Numbered from the stretch's first letter, positions 54,801-63,190 are shown. The stretch: DNA of 64,000 bases from Candidatus Liptonbacteria bacterium (GCA_016867315.1 VGJV01000001.1:194649-258648), one strand, 5' to 3'. Notes: a model not told the origin generated them from the sequence alone. A program made the numbers and translations.

Positions 54801-55353
54801 CACCTTGACGGTGCTCCGCTCGAAACTCACGGTAACGGCAGCGGGTTTGGGCAGCGCTTCGAATCGTAACAAGACCAACCCAGATGACTTGGGTACCATT
54901 ACCTTTACTGCGGACAGTGCAGGAGCGACTGCGCTTAACACTGTAATCGTGACCTTCAGCGGCACGGCGCCTTCTATCTCCACCTTCTTGGATGGAGTGG
55001 ATCTCCTTGACGCGAACGGTGTATCGGTAACGAACACCTCAGGTGTATCTGTGGCTACGTCTTCGCAATGTACGGGAACCAACACCTGTACGAAGACTTG
55101 GAGCCTTGGAGCGACCACCAACGGCTGGCAGATTTCGGCTGGCAACTCGTACACCTTCAAGTTACGGGTTGACTCCACGAAGACTCTGGCTGGGGCGGCA
55201 AACGTAACGCAGACTTTGACGGCTCGAATCAACGCGACCACGGATGTTGCGTACACTGACGGACTTGACTCCGCAGCGAACAGCAACATTAACCTTCCGT
55301 CGAACGTGGTTCCGATTCCGATCAACTCCATCTCGTTCGCTTCCGGATCCTAG
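51889..55353 (+). CDS. large secreted surface protein with PG_binding_1-like domain and long low-complexity beta-rich repeats
   Basis: Signal peptide, coiled 'LQAQIAALLAQIAQLQAQL', a peptidoglycan-binding-like 'GADVKALQQWLNANGY...YFGPATKAAVAKYQAAKGI', a (PST)5 linker, then about 950 aa of T/S/G/A/V/N-rich repeats. The large antisense ORF 52798..54045 is spurious. Confidence 0.55.
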   Translation: MSTFGKKFVSVALMATVAVWASGALLFVPVANAQSSADLQAQIAALLAQIAQLQAQLNTGSSVSAPSTTFTRDLTVGSTGADVKALQQWLNANGYRIAASGAGSPGNETTYFGPATKAAVAKYQAAKGISPAAGSFGPKTRASLSAVAGTPSTPSTPSTPSTPSTPAPASGLMVSLSPSSPAAGSLISSSNSAAARVPVLAVNLTAGTASGVTVTGLKFKKTGVLSDSSISGAYIEENGKVLAQYTSISGGVISFPGLAINLAAGQTKTLTLSIDPAQGLSAGNTVGFAMTMASDVTAVDATGSAVTPSGSFPVNGNTFTVTSVSNPSIATLTIASSSIGTTVYAGTKNVIVGAWSFTGANSKVWLKGLNFKVIGSASKTDIQNVKLYVNGSQVGSTLPSVSADGTAYFDLTVAPATLNTGANNVQVYADVMGSPNFTFQFEILNAYDVLAVDSQYNVPITAVSNTGTQVTINAGTVTVTAASDTPTGNIAKGQTNVTLAKFSVYAAGEPVKVKWLTFQLAFTGNQSATSTIDTYIKNVHLDDDAGGQVGSTITSLATSVTCTDATYSAATSTATNCFGSSGSPINYIIPANTTRVLSLKGDIQNNAGTDFGTIKASLVAGSSSNVQGMISSATANTGAASGSALSLSSSALTVAQNTGVGTQTVSKGAANVRIGSYAFTASSAEGVTVSNLTVTMGAAGSDFQNLKVKIGNSQFGSTQATLANSGAYSYSGTPFTVPAGGTTYVDVYADVLSSASAATKATITTLSGCSGSGATSLTAISCTSTSGQSVVVAGQSTVTVALDNALSPAAGQIVMGSTGVSLAAWRLTETTNIEAIKITDLNIFQQVASSTTVKAGFSNLKLYKSTDLTTPLATGGVANTSIATSTPGMGYYYKFNFGTPVVVPQSGSVTLVLKGDVSSYISSGATDNTTHVFKIATSTDTANDSLPETIVALGSTSNNSSSITLSSPNGNTLTVLRSKLTVTAAGLGSASNRNKTNPDDLGTITFTADSAGATALNTVIVTFSGTAPSISTFLDGVDLLDANGVSVTNTSGVSVATSSQCTGTNTCTKTWSLGATTNGWQISAGNSYTFKLRVDSTKTLAGAANVTQTLTARINATTDVAYTDGLDSAANSNINLPSNVVPIPINSISFASGS

Positions 55354-55407
55354 TCTGACTCGAACCAGTTATCCTCCTCTGCTTCGCAGATCGGGATTGA
55401 ACTGGAA

Positions 55408-55441
55408 GAAACCGCCCCTCTTCGGAGGGGCGGTTTTGTTC
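55408..55441 (+). terminator. intrinsic terminator (CCGCCCCTC-TTCG-GAGGGGCGG + TTTTGTT)
   Basis: 9-bp GC-rich stem with UUCG tetraloop and a U-tract. Confidence 0.65.
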
Positions 55442-55501
55442 CTAGAATCGTATGCTCGAATCATTTTGTTTTATAAGAATTTTTCCGGTAGGATAAACCT
55501 C

Positions 55502-57742
55502 ATGTCTACGAGCGCCTTGCTTCGGGTGGTAAAATCTCTTTTCTACCTTACGGTGGTGGGGGTGCCTCTCTTCTATATTGCGAGGACAGTATACCCCTAC
55601 GGGTTGGCAAAAAGTTTATTTTTCCAGATTGTGGTGGAGCTGCTTTTGGCTGCATGGTTACTTTTGGCATACTATGACAGGCGATTTCGACTTTCTTGGA
55701 CTCCTTTAACTGTGGGATTGGCAGGGTTTGCCGTTTTTTTGCTTCTCACTACTTTTATGGGCGTGGATCCCTGGCGCAGTTTCTGGTCCACTCAGGAACG
55801 AGCCCTTGGAGTTTTCACCATGCTTCATGTTTTGGGATTCGTAGCAGTCACCAGCTCCCTTTTTCGCGTCATACGGCATGAGCCCTTTTTCTATGCCTCG
55901 TTGGGGACGTCCCTTGCTATTTCTCTCCTCGCTTTTCTTCAGCTTTCTATTCCTCACCTCCTTCTTCCCAGCGAGTCTGTGCAGGCGCGGCCAGGAAGTA
56001 CGTTTGGCAATCCTTCGTTCCTCGCCGGGTATCTCACTTTCAACATTTTTCTCGCGCTTTATCTTTTACTCAATTGGATTCGGAAGCGAAGAGAGGGGGA
56101 AGTTTTTTCCCGCTTGGCGCCCTGGTTTTTACTTGTAGTGCTTGCGGCAGATGGATTGGTGTTATTTCTTACGGAAACGCGGGGAGATATTTTGGGAATT
56201 GTTGCGGGTGTTATCCTGCTCCTTATTCTTTTTGCGATCGAACCTCCGCGGATCAAAGGCTTTAGCGAACGACGCCTCTATGTGATTATTTTAGGGGTAT
56301 TAGTTGTGTTAGGGGCATTTTTCTGGATTACTCGGAGCAATTCTTTGTGGGGGAAGGTGCCCGGACTGGGGAGATTTCAAGAAATCTCTCTTCAGGGTGA
56401 ATCTTTAGTTCCGCGGTTGATTGCGCTGGAGGCCGCGTGGAAAGGGTTTAAGGAGAAGCCTTTTTTGGGGTGGGGTTGGGATAATTTTAATATTGTATTT
56501 AATAAATTTTATGACCCTCGGGTGTTGCAGGTTAGCTACCAAGAAACTAGATTTGATAAGCCGCATAACTTTGTTCTCGAGTATCTGGTAGTGGGAGGGG
56601 CTTTGCTTGCTCTCGCCTACCTTTGTGTATTCGCAGCTTTTTTTCTCCAGGCGCGTCGCATTTTCGATAGGCTTTTGGGGAATGTTTTTATTGCAGCGGC
56701 GGGGGCATATATTGTCCGCAATATCTTTATTTTTGAGACGCTGGGCCCTTTGCTCATGTGGGGGCTTTTCTTAGGAGTTATTGATGCTTTATATGTGTCT
56801 CAGAAAAAGGAATTTAGCGTCCCATCCCCGCGAAGCATTTCTTGGGGAGCTCTGGGTTTGGTTTTCCTGCCCGCCGTGCTTCTCTTGTATTTTATAAATA
56901 TTCGGTCCATACAGGCTTCCAATCATCAATTTTGGGGATTTAATTATTTCCTCCATGGGAAGCCCCTCGCGGCAATTCAAAGTTTTAAGAGAGGTTTAGA
57001 GATGTGGAGTCCTTATGGGTGGAACTTGAAACGGGATTATGCGTCGGTAGTAACGGAAGCGTATTTCTATAATCCCGGTCTTATTCCCGACAAGGAGGCG
57101 CGAGAGGCACTACGGGCGATGGAAGAGGCAGTGCAAGAACATCCATTGGATGCTTATTACCACTATGCCTTGGTGGATATGTATAATCAGGTTTCGAATA
57201 TTGACCCTGAAACGCTGCTTCCGGCGGCGGAGCGCGCAGCAGCAACTGCGCTTGTACTCAGTCCGCGGCGACAAGAGGTGTATTTTTCACTCGCCAAGAC
57301 CAAATCTCTTCAGGGAGACAACGAGGCGGCCTTGCAATTGCTTAAAGAAGCCCTTTCCTTTGATCCTAAGGTAGCAGATGCGCACTTTTATTACGGACTA
57401 GTCGCGTACGCTCTCAAAGATCATGAAACCGGGTATCGGGAGATACAAGAGGCTTTGAGCATGGGTAGGAAATGGAAAAAGTATCATGAGCCGCGCGTAG
57501 TCGGAAACTTTTTCGCGGATTCAGGACATCTCGATGAGGCAATCTCTTTATTTGAAACGGCAATTGCCATGGAGCCGAATGACTTAGAGGCGCGAACAAA
57601 ACTTGGAGTGGCTTACTTTATTAAAGGGGAGAAAGGGAAAGCTAAAGAACAGCTAGAAATCGTGAGTAAGCAGTTCGATTTTCGCACAAGCCCCTCCTAT
57701 GCCTCCATGAAGCCAATATTGGAGGCGTTAGGGATACGGTAG
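55502..57742 (+). CDS. O-antigen ligase/polymerase-like (Wzy_C) membrane protein with C-terminal TPR repeats (start at MSTSALL)
   Basis: About 10-12 TM helices with a large periplasmic loop, followed by TPR-like repeats ('ALQLLKEALSFDPKVADAHFYYGLVAYAL', 'AISLFETAIAMEPNDLEARTKLGVAYF'). Confidence 0.6.
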   Translation: MSTSALLRVVKSLFYLTVVGVPLFYIARTVYPYGLAKSLFFQIVVELLLAAWLLLAYYDRRFRLSWTPLTVGLAGFAVFLLLTTFMGVDPWRSFWSTQERALGVFTMLHVLGFVAVTSSLFRVIRHEPFFYASLGTSLAISLLAFLQLSIPHLLLPSESVQARPGSTFGNPSFLAGYLTFNIFLALYLLLNWIRKRREGEVFSRLAPWFLLVVLAADGLVLFLTETRGDILGIVAGVILLLILFAIEPPRIKGFSERRLYVIILGVLVVLGAFFWITRSNSLWGKVPGLGRFQEISLQGESLVPRLIALEAAWKGFKEKPFLGWGWDNFNIVFNKFYDPRVLQVSYQETRFDKPHNFVLEYLVVGGALLALAYLCVFAAFFLQARRIFDRLLGNVFIAAAGAYIVRNIFIFETLGPLLMWGLFLGVIDALYVSQKKEFSVPSPRSISWGALGLVFLPAVLLLYFINIRSIQASNHQFWGFNYFLHGKPLAAIQSFKRGLEMWSPYGWNLKRDYASVVTEAYFYNPGLIPDKEAREALRAMEEAVQEHPLDAYYHYALVDMYNQVSNIDPETLLPAAERAAATALVLSPRRQEVYFSLAKTKSLQGDNEAALQLLKEALSFDPKVADAHFYYGLVAYALKDHETGYREIQEALSMGRKWKKYHEPRVVGNFFADSGHLDEAISLFETAIAMEPNDLEARTKLGVAYFIKGEKGKAKEQLEIVSKQFDFRTSPSYASMKPILEALGIR

Positions 57743-57758
57743 TTCCTCGAGTTTATTA

Positions 57759-57905
57759 TCTCGGACACGGGTACTTTTCTACTGAAAAGTACCTCTCACT
57801 CGCACCGCCGTGTCGGTCCGAGGTACTAAACTCTGCGTCGACCAGATAAGTTTTTTATAGAAAAATGTATGCCGTCGCGGTCCGGATAGCCGAATATGGA
57901 GAAAG
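57759..57905. repeat. structured intergenic repeat element, copy G (nested hairpins)
   Basis: CTCGGACACGG...GGTACTTTTC-tact-GAAAAGTACC...CCGTGTCGGTCCGAG, then 'GCCGTCGCGGTCCGGATAGCCGAATA' resembling the core of copy D. Confidence 0.45.
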
Positions 57906-58064
57906 GTTATAAGGTGGTAGGGATTGCGCCACATTCCATATATTTTGAGAAATTGAGTCAATCCACAGGCAGAGGCGCGAATTTCCCTTGATTTTGCTAC
58001 ACTAGTTGGTACAGTAAATGAAACCCTACGGGGAAAAGGTCGGTGAGTTTCGAGAATCATTTTT

Positions 58065-58340
58065 ATGACTAAAGACGGATTGGTGGAAGCAGTAATGAAG
58101 GCTGCGGAAATTGAGACCAAGGCAGCAGCGCATCGTGCAGTAGAAGCAGTATTCGACACCATCACGAAATCCTTGGGTCGGGGCGAAGATGTGGCGATCA
58201 CGGGTTTCGGCACGTTCCGCGTAGCGAAACGGGCTGCTCGACAGGGACGGAACCCCAAAACCGGGGAAACCATCCAAATTCCGGCCTCGGTGAAACCGAA
58301 GTTCCGCGCCGGAAAGATGCTCAAAGAAGCAGTAAAATAG
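58065..58340 (+). CDS. hup: DNA-binding protein HU
   Basis: 'GFGTFRVAKRAARQGRNPKTGETIQIPASVKPKFRAGKMLKEAV' is the HU/IHF arm signature. Confidence 0.9.
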   Translation: MTKDGLVEAVMKAAEIETKAAAHRAVEAVFDTITKSLGRGEDVAITGFGTFRVAKRAARQGRNPKTGETIQIPASVKPKFRAGKMLKEAVK

Positions 58341-58360
58341 TTTTTATAGTTTTGAATAAA

Positions 58361-58392
58361 ATACCGCCTGTGAGGGGCGGTATTTTATTTTT
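58361..58392. terminator. bidirectional intrinsic terminator between hup and the convergent minus-strand operon
   Basis: ATACCGCC-TGTGAGG-GGCGGTAT followed by TTTATTTTTT, with an A-run on the 5' side. Confidence 0.6.
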
Positions 58393-59134
58393 TCTCTTTG
58401 CCGTGGGGAAGGAGGCTATTGATTGTATCACTCAATTCGATAAAGGAATGATAGGTTTTGGCGAGGGCTTCGAGAGAAAGCTTAATTGAGTTTGCAGGAT
58501 CCAAACCATTTAGGAATGCGTTCCGGGCTTTTCCATGAAAGTCCACGGCGGTTCGGTAGCTGCGGTCTGCGTCTTCCAGAAGAGTTTGGATTTCGTCTAG
58601 GTGGTCCACGATTCTTAGGAGCTGTACGCTTCTCTTCAGTTCTTCCAGGCGGCGGTTGGCGATGGTTAAGAATTCTTCATTGTTGGTCCACGTGATAAAA
58701 GCACGAATTTTCGTTTGCTGGGGAGCGAATGTATTTGTTCTCCATTCTCGAGCATTGGCGGCGATATCTTTTGCGGAACGGAGGCCGGCATTGGAGATGC
58801 TTTCTTTTCGATCTTCGTAGTATTGTGCAGCAGCTTCGAGCGAGGCCATAAAGTTAGTTCTCACCGCCTGCATATTCGCTTCCTTTACCTCGGTGCGTTC
58901 TAGCGCGGTGCGATCGGTACGAACTTCCTCCTCGAGGCATTCCAACACATTTCGGAGGAGGGCTTTCCTCGTTTGCAGTTCCGTGTGTACGGAATCGGAG
59001 ATTTTTGATTTTTGAAGTGCGGAAAAGGATTGAGTTTCTAGTGTGCAGCCCGGGGTTTCGGTTTTGGCGTGAACTGCTCCTCCAAAAGAAAGGAAGATTA
59101 TCGCGCATGAAAAGAATAGGGAAAGGCGTCGCAT
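58385..59134 (-). CDS. secreted alpha-helical hypothetical protein (third gene of sigma/anti-sigma operon)
   Basis: Signal peptide 'MRRLSLFFSCAIIFLSFGGAVHA'; helical repeats; no motif recognised. Confidence 0.45.
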   Translation of the reverse strand: MRRLSLFFSCAIIFLSFGGAVHAKTETPGCTLETQSFSALQKSKISDSVHTELQTRKALLRNVLECLEEEVRTDRTALERTEVKEANMQAVRTNFMASLEAAAQYYEDRKESISNAGLRSAKDIAANAREWRTNTFAPQQTKIRAFITWTNNEEFLTIANRRLEELKRSVQLLRIVDHLDEIQTLLEDADRSYRTAVDFHGKARNAFLNGLDPANSIKLSLEALAKTYHSFIELSDTINSLLPHGKEKK

Positions 59135-59138
59135 GGGT

Positions 59139-59654
59139 TTATTTCGCTAATTCTTCTAGGGCTTCATCAATCGAGAGAGTGGAGGCCTCTGTGGTTTCAA
59201 GGGTGGAGCTGGAAGTGGGGATCTCTTCTGTGGAGGAAAGGGGAGCGACCGCAGGGGCTTCTATTGGTTTTTTGAGCGGGGCCGATTTCAATTCCGGGAC
59301 GGGCATTGCCACGGAAGATGTGGATTCTTGGTAACGGAGGTTTGCGAGTTGAATTTGAATATCTATGGCTTCGGCTTCAGCGTGAAGTGCGGCGAGGTCG
59401 AGACGAGCAATTCCCAGAGGCGAGAAAGATTTCCAAATGGAGAAACCTGCAAATATTAAAAAGAGGCAGAGGCCCGCAAGAGCCAAGGAAGCTGCAGATT
59501 CAATATTTCCCATAAACCATCCCCACACCGCCCTTGCCGGAGGTTCGGAAGGAGTAGCGCGCAACACCACGCTTCGAGAGCGCATTTGGTAGTGCGAATC
59601 AGGTTCTATGTTGCGTAATTTTTTTAGCGTAGAAATAAGATTCATGGAATTCAA
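59139..59654 (-). CDS. membrane protein, putative anti-sigma factor
   Basis: Single TM 'LALAGLCLFLIFAGFSIW'. The start overlaps the sigma gene stop (ATGA), positioned as anti-sigma factors usually are. Confidence 0.4.
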   Translation of the reverse strand: MNSMNLISTLKKLRNIEPDSHYQMRSRSVVLRATPSEPPARAVWGWFMGNIESAASLALAGLCLFLIFAGFSIWKSFSPLGIARLDLAALHAEAEAIDIQIQLANLRYQESTSSVAMPVPELKSAPLKKPIEAPAVAPLSSTEEIPTSSSTLETTEASTLSIDEALEELAK

Positions 59655-60181
59655 CTTATTAATCCTTGGAGGGCTTTCATTGCCCGATGTTGCATAAGCT
59701 TTACCGCTCCTTCTGTTTTCCCCAGGGCTGCAGCGGTTTCTTTGAGCGAAAGTTCTTCGATAAAGCGCATAATAATCACATCTTGATATTCCGGTTTTAG
59801 CTGTGTAAGTGCGCGTCTCACTCTTTCCATCTCCAGCTTTTCCTCAAGGGCTAAGGAAGCTACGGCGGGAGCTACGAAATATTCGGGATCCACCTCTTCT
59901 ATCGAGGTATTCGTTTTTTTCGTTCGGTAATGATCTATCACGCGGTTTCGAGCGATTTGATACAACCAGCTCGAAAAAGGGAAACCGAAGTCGCGATAAT
60001 TCCGGATGTTTTGCCAGGCACTCATGAACACTTCATGGGTGAGGTCTTCGGCTTCCTCACGATGGCCGACTTTAAACAATACAAACCGGTAAATTTTCGG
60101 TTGATACCTGTCGTAGAGTTGGCCAAAAGCCGAAGCCTCACCCCCGACGGCGCTTTCAATTATTTGGCGCTCATCCATCAT
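59651..60181 (-). CDS. RNA polymerase sigma factor, ECF (sigma-70 family group 4)
   Basis: Region 2 'YQPKIYRFVLFKVGHREEAEDLTHEVFMSAW...SSWLYQIARNRVIDHYR' and region 4 'RFIEELSLKETAAALGKTEGAVKLMQHRAMKAL'. Confidence 0.85.
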   Translation of the reverse strand: MMDERQIIESAVGGEASAFGQLYDRYQPKIYRFVLFKVGHREEAEDLTHEVFMSAWQNIRNYRDFGFPFSSWLYQIARNRVIDHYRTKKTNTSIEEVDPEYFVAPAVASLALEEKLEMERVRRALTQLKPEYQDVIIMRFIEELSLKETAAALGKTEGAVKLMQHRAMKALQGLIS

Positions 60182-60316
60182 AGAAAACGAATAAGGGCGT
60201 CGTTGGTTACATAATCACCAAGAACGCCTTACCCGCCAATATAATACGATTTCTCACTTTTCTCGTCAAAAATCCGTGTAATTGCAGGAAAGAGTTTTCT
60301 CATATAGGATGGGGGG

Positions 60317-60793
60317 GTGTCGGACTCTCACTCAAAGGAAATTGTTACTTGGCAAGCTCCCGAGTTTGAATATCGGCATAAAGGAGTGTCGTGGTATTGG
60401 ATTACCATCATCTGCGCAGTGCTTCTCGTGGCGATCGCAGTGTGGCAACGCAATTTCCTCTTCGGATTGTTCGTCGTGATCGCTGAAATACTGGTGCTTA
60501 CTTGGGGAGCCCGGAATCCTTCGCTCATTACCTTTAAGGCCTTTGAGAAGGAATTGATTATTAATGAGCGAGAGCGATATCCTTGGGGGGATTTTCAAAG
60601 TTTTACTCCCGAGGAGATAGAAGGGGGGTCTTCTGTAATACTCCGATTTCGCAGACGTATACGCCCTCCGATTCGGATTTTTGTGCCTCAAGATAAGATG
60701 GAAGGATTTTTGCAATGTATTACTCCTTGGTGTGCGCAAACCGATGAACCTAGTTCTTTTGTAGATGCACTCGAAGAAATTTTCAGGTTTTAA
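60317..60793 (+). CDS. hypothetical membrane protein
   Basis: Two TM helices near the N-terminus and a conserved-looking C-terminal domain; no motif recognised. Confidence 0.4.
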   Translation: MSDSHSKEIVTWQAPEFEYRHKGVSWYWITIICAVLLVAIAVWQRNFLFGLFVVIAEILVLTWGARNPSLITFKAFEKELIINERERYPWGDFQSFTPEEIEGGSSVILRFRRRIRPPIRIFVPQDKMEGFLQCITPWCAQTDEPSSFVDALEEIFRF

Positions 60794-60811
60794 GCGAAAG
60801 GTTTACATTAA

Positions 60812-60883
60812 GTCCCCATAGCTCAACGGATAGAGCGTATCCCTGCGGAGGATAAGATAGAGGTTCAATTCCTCTTGGGGACA
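60812..60883 (+). tRNA. tRNA-Arg (anticodon read as GCG)
   Basis: Acceptor GTCCCCA/TGGGGAC, D-stem GCTC/GAGC, anticodon stem TATCC/GGATA with loop CTGCGGA, T-arm AGAGG-TTCAATT-CCTCT, discriminator A. Confidence 0.7.
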
Positions 60884-60886
60884 CAG

Positions 60887-60932
60887 AGATAGAAAGTAGA
60901 AAATAGAAAATAGAAAGTAGAAAATAGTAGAA
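60887..60932. repeat. tandem AGAAAATAGAAAGT-type repeat array immediately upstream of a leaderless promoter
   Basis: AGATAGAAAGTAGAAAATAGAAAATAGAAAGTAGAAAATAGTAGAAG, followed by TATAAT (60945-60950) and ATG at 60957. Confidence 0.5.
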
Positions 60933-60956
60933 GACACGAATTGGTATAATTCTTAT

Positions 60957-61211
60957 ATGCAAAAGCGCGGTTTACTTATTGGGGGTTTGCTCGTGATCGT
61001 GGCATTGGGGGTGATTGTTTTCTTCTCTCGTCCGGAGCAATCTTCTCCCGCGCCCACGTGGACTCCGCCGGTTTCCAATCCACCTTCTGCCGAAGTGCAA
61101 GTTCTTCCTGCTTCGAATCCCCCCTCTTCTTCTACCTTCCGAGGGCCAGTGGGTGCCCCCTATATCGAAGGACCTAAAGAACAGCCGCCTACGGGAGCTC
61201 CCGCTCGATAG
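60957..61211 (+). CDS. small membrane-anchored Pro-rich protein, hypothetical
   Basis: TM 'GLLIGGLLVIVALGVIVFF', then a P/S-rich tail; leaderless (TATAAT 6 nt upstream). Confidence 0.3.
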   Translation: MQKRGLLIGGLLVIVALGVIVFFSRPEQSSPAPTWTPPVSNPPSAEVQVLPASNPPSSSTFRGPVGAPYIEGPKEQPPTGAPAR

Positions 61212-61225
61212 AAGTAGAACCTGTT

Positions 61226-61915
61226 TTGGGTTATAATGTCCTAGTGGACACAGGTTCGGATCTTTCGGAACGTATACTTTCTCTTAGGAGAAATCGAAAA
61301 AGCTATAACGAAATAGCTCAAGCTCTTGGCATTTCTAAAAGCACTGTTTCTTATTGGCTTGCAGAGAATCCTGAATCTAAAAAAATAAAGAGTTTCCTTA
61401 TGGCTGAAAATAGGGAAAGGAGTCGCTATAGGATTCAAAAGGTTATCCAATCTTCTCGAGAGAAATGGGAAAAGGTTCGAGAATTAGGGAGAAAGGAAGC
61501 TCATAATTCTTTCAATACGTTTTTGGAGAACCCTATCTTTCTTGTGGGACTTTCGTTCTATTGGGGGGAAGGAGATAGTAAGCCTAAAAACCCTTTGCGA
61601 ATTTCCAATACCGATCCTCGAATGGTACATTTATACATCCGTTTTCTAAAAGAGATTCTTTCTATTTCATCAGATAAAATAAAACTTGGACTTATTCTTT
61701 ACCCGGACATTTCCGAGGTGAGCGCAAGAGAATTTTGGTTAAGAGCTACGGGTTTGGATCAGAATAATTTTTTTAAAACTCAATATATTCGCGGTCGGCA
61801 TCCTACTAAAAGACTTTCTCAGGGGATTTGTATGATAGTAACAAGGAGTATTAAGGAAAAAGCCAAAGTTTTGGAGTGGATTGATATTTTCTATAATCAA
61901 TTTAGAATGGTTTAG
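61226..61915 (+). CDS. HTH-domain protein with possible LAGLIDADG-like motif (homing-endonuclease-like), wedged between two tRNA genes
   Basis: N-terminal HTH 'SYNEIAQALGISKSTVSYWL' and central 'IFLVGLSFYWGEGDSKPKN', reminiscent of LAGLIDADG 'LAGFxDGDGS'. Ends 3 nt before tRNA-Gly. Confidence 0.35.
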   Translation: MGYNVLVDTGSDLSERILSLRRNRKSYNEIAQALGISKSTVSYWLAENPESKKIKSFLMAENRERSRYRIQKVIQSSREKWEKVRELGRKEAHNSFNTFLENPIFLVGLSFYWGEGDSKPKNPLRISNTDPRMVHLYIRFLKEILSISSDKIKLGLILYPDISEVSAREFWLRATGLDQNNFFKTQYIRGRHPTKRLSQGICMIVTRSIKEKAKVLEWIDIFYNQFRMV

Positions 61916-61918
61916 CCT

Positions 61919-61989
61919 GCGGGATTCGTATAGTGGCAGTACATTACCTTGCCAAGGTAAAGGCGCGAGTTCGATTCTCGTATCCCGCT
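61919..61989 (+). tRNA. tRNA-Gly (anticodon GCC)
   Basis: Acceptor GCGGGAT/ATCCCGC, D-stem GTAT/GTAC (with G.U), anticodon stem TTACC/GGTAA with loop TTGCCAA, T-arm, discriminator U. Confidence 0.8.
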
Positions 61990-61993
61990 CTAG

Positions 61994-62392
61994 ATGGAAC
62001 CCACATCTGTAGTGCATAAGGCTTTGATTATTCCTATAAATAAGGAAGGGAAGATTTTTATACAAGATAGGCGGGGATACAAAAAGCCGGACTGGGGATT
62101 TTTCGGCGGCAGTATTGAACAAGGGGAGACTCCGCTTGAAGCTGTACTCCGGGAAACCCATGAAGAATTAGATATTGAGTTGCGCCCAGAGACCCTTTTG
62201 TTTTTAGGTGTATTTTATGCAGCGTGGAATGATCTCGAGAGGCATATCTATTTATTTAAAACTGACAAAGAGCAATTCACTGTGAAAGAAGAAAATGGGG
62301 GATGTTGGCTGACGCTCGAGGAGGCGAGGGATCGAATGGACAGTAAGGAACGCTTTGACGAGATAGCTCGAAAGATCAAAACGGTTCTTTAG
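61994..62392 (+). CDS. NUDIX hydrolase
   Basis: Nudix box 'GGSIEQGETPLEAVLRETHEELDIEL'. Confidence 0.8.
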   Translation: MEPTSVVHKALIIPINKEGKIFIQDRRGYKKPDWGFFGGSIEQGETPLEAVLRETHEELDIELRPETLLFLGVFYAAWNDLERHIYLFKTDKEQFTVKEENGGCWLTLEEARDRMDSKERFDEIARKIKTVL

Positions 62393-62396
62393 GGGT

Positions 62397-63092
62397 TCAT
62401 GCCTTCGCGGCGGCAATGGCAAGAATCTGGCGTGCTCCGTTTTCACGGAGTACTTTCGCGGCTTCGAAGAAGGTAGCCCCTGAAGTAGTGACATCATCCA
62501 GAAGAAGGATTTTGGATTTAGGGAGAAGATCAGGATTTATTACTCTAAATGCTTCTCGGACATTCTCGCGGCGCAGTTCCCATTTTTCCAGCTGACTTTG
62601 AGGATCGGAGTGTTTTATACGCACCAGTACATTTTCAAGAATAGGAATTTGTATGTGTGTCTGAAGCGAGCGAGCGAGAAGCGCTGATTGGTTATAGCCT
62701 CTTTCCCGCTCTCTTTTAGAGGAGAGAGGTATGGGGAGAATAGTGAACGCAGAGAGTTGAAGCGGAACATTTTGAAGGTACTTCGCGAGAAGCGATCCTA
62801 AAACTTCTGCGGCCGCGTGTGCGTGACGGAATTTGAGGCCTTGGATAAGCGCTCGGATGTGGGGGTCTGAATAGTGAGAGGCCGCGCCCAATATATAAGG
62901 GAAGCTTTTGTGGCAGATTCTTTTTTCTTCGGGGATTCGCGCTAAGCATTCTCCGCATCGCAATGTTTGTTCGAGAGAAATAGAAGAGAAACAGGAGAGA
63001 CAAAGGGCATCTTTCGCGGAGGAAATCGCGGTATTGCAGGAGAGACAGCGAGGAGGAAAGAAGAGGTCGAGGAGCGGCTCAAGCATGTTCAT
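62397..63092 (-). CDS. comF: ComF-family protein (double zinc-ribbon + phosphoribosyltransferase domain)
   Basis: N-terminal 'CLSCNTAIS...CLSCFSS...CGEC' zinc ribbons and C-terminal PRTase 'ILLLDDVTTSGATFFEAAKVLRENGA'. Confidence 0.75.
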   Translation of the reverse strand: MNMLEPLLDLFFPPRCLSCNTAISSAKDALCLSCFSSISLEQTLRCGECLARIPEEKRICHKSFPYILGAASHYSDPHIRALIQGLKFRHAHAAAEVLGSLLAKYLQNVPLQLSAFTILPIPLSSKRERERGYNQSALLARSLQTHIQIPILENVLVRIKHSDPQSQLEKWELRRENVREAFRVINPDLLPKSKILLLDDVTTSGATFFEAAKVLRENGARQILAIAAAKA

Positions 63093-63127
63093 AGTATAGC
63101 AACGCTCGTCCTATTCCTCGCGGAGAC

Positions 63128-63190
63128 GCGGTTTCCGACTTGCTGCCGGAACCGCTATGCTCTCGTGCCGCCGCACTGCGAGAATCTCCG
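63128..63190. repeat. structured intergenic repeat element, copy B
   Basis: GCGGTTTCCGACTTGCTGCCGGAACCGC hairpin, then TATGCTCTCGTGCCGCCGCACTGCGAGAATCTCC. Confidence 0.55.
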
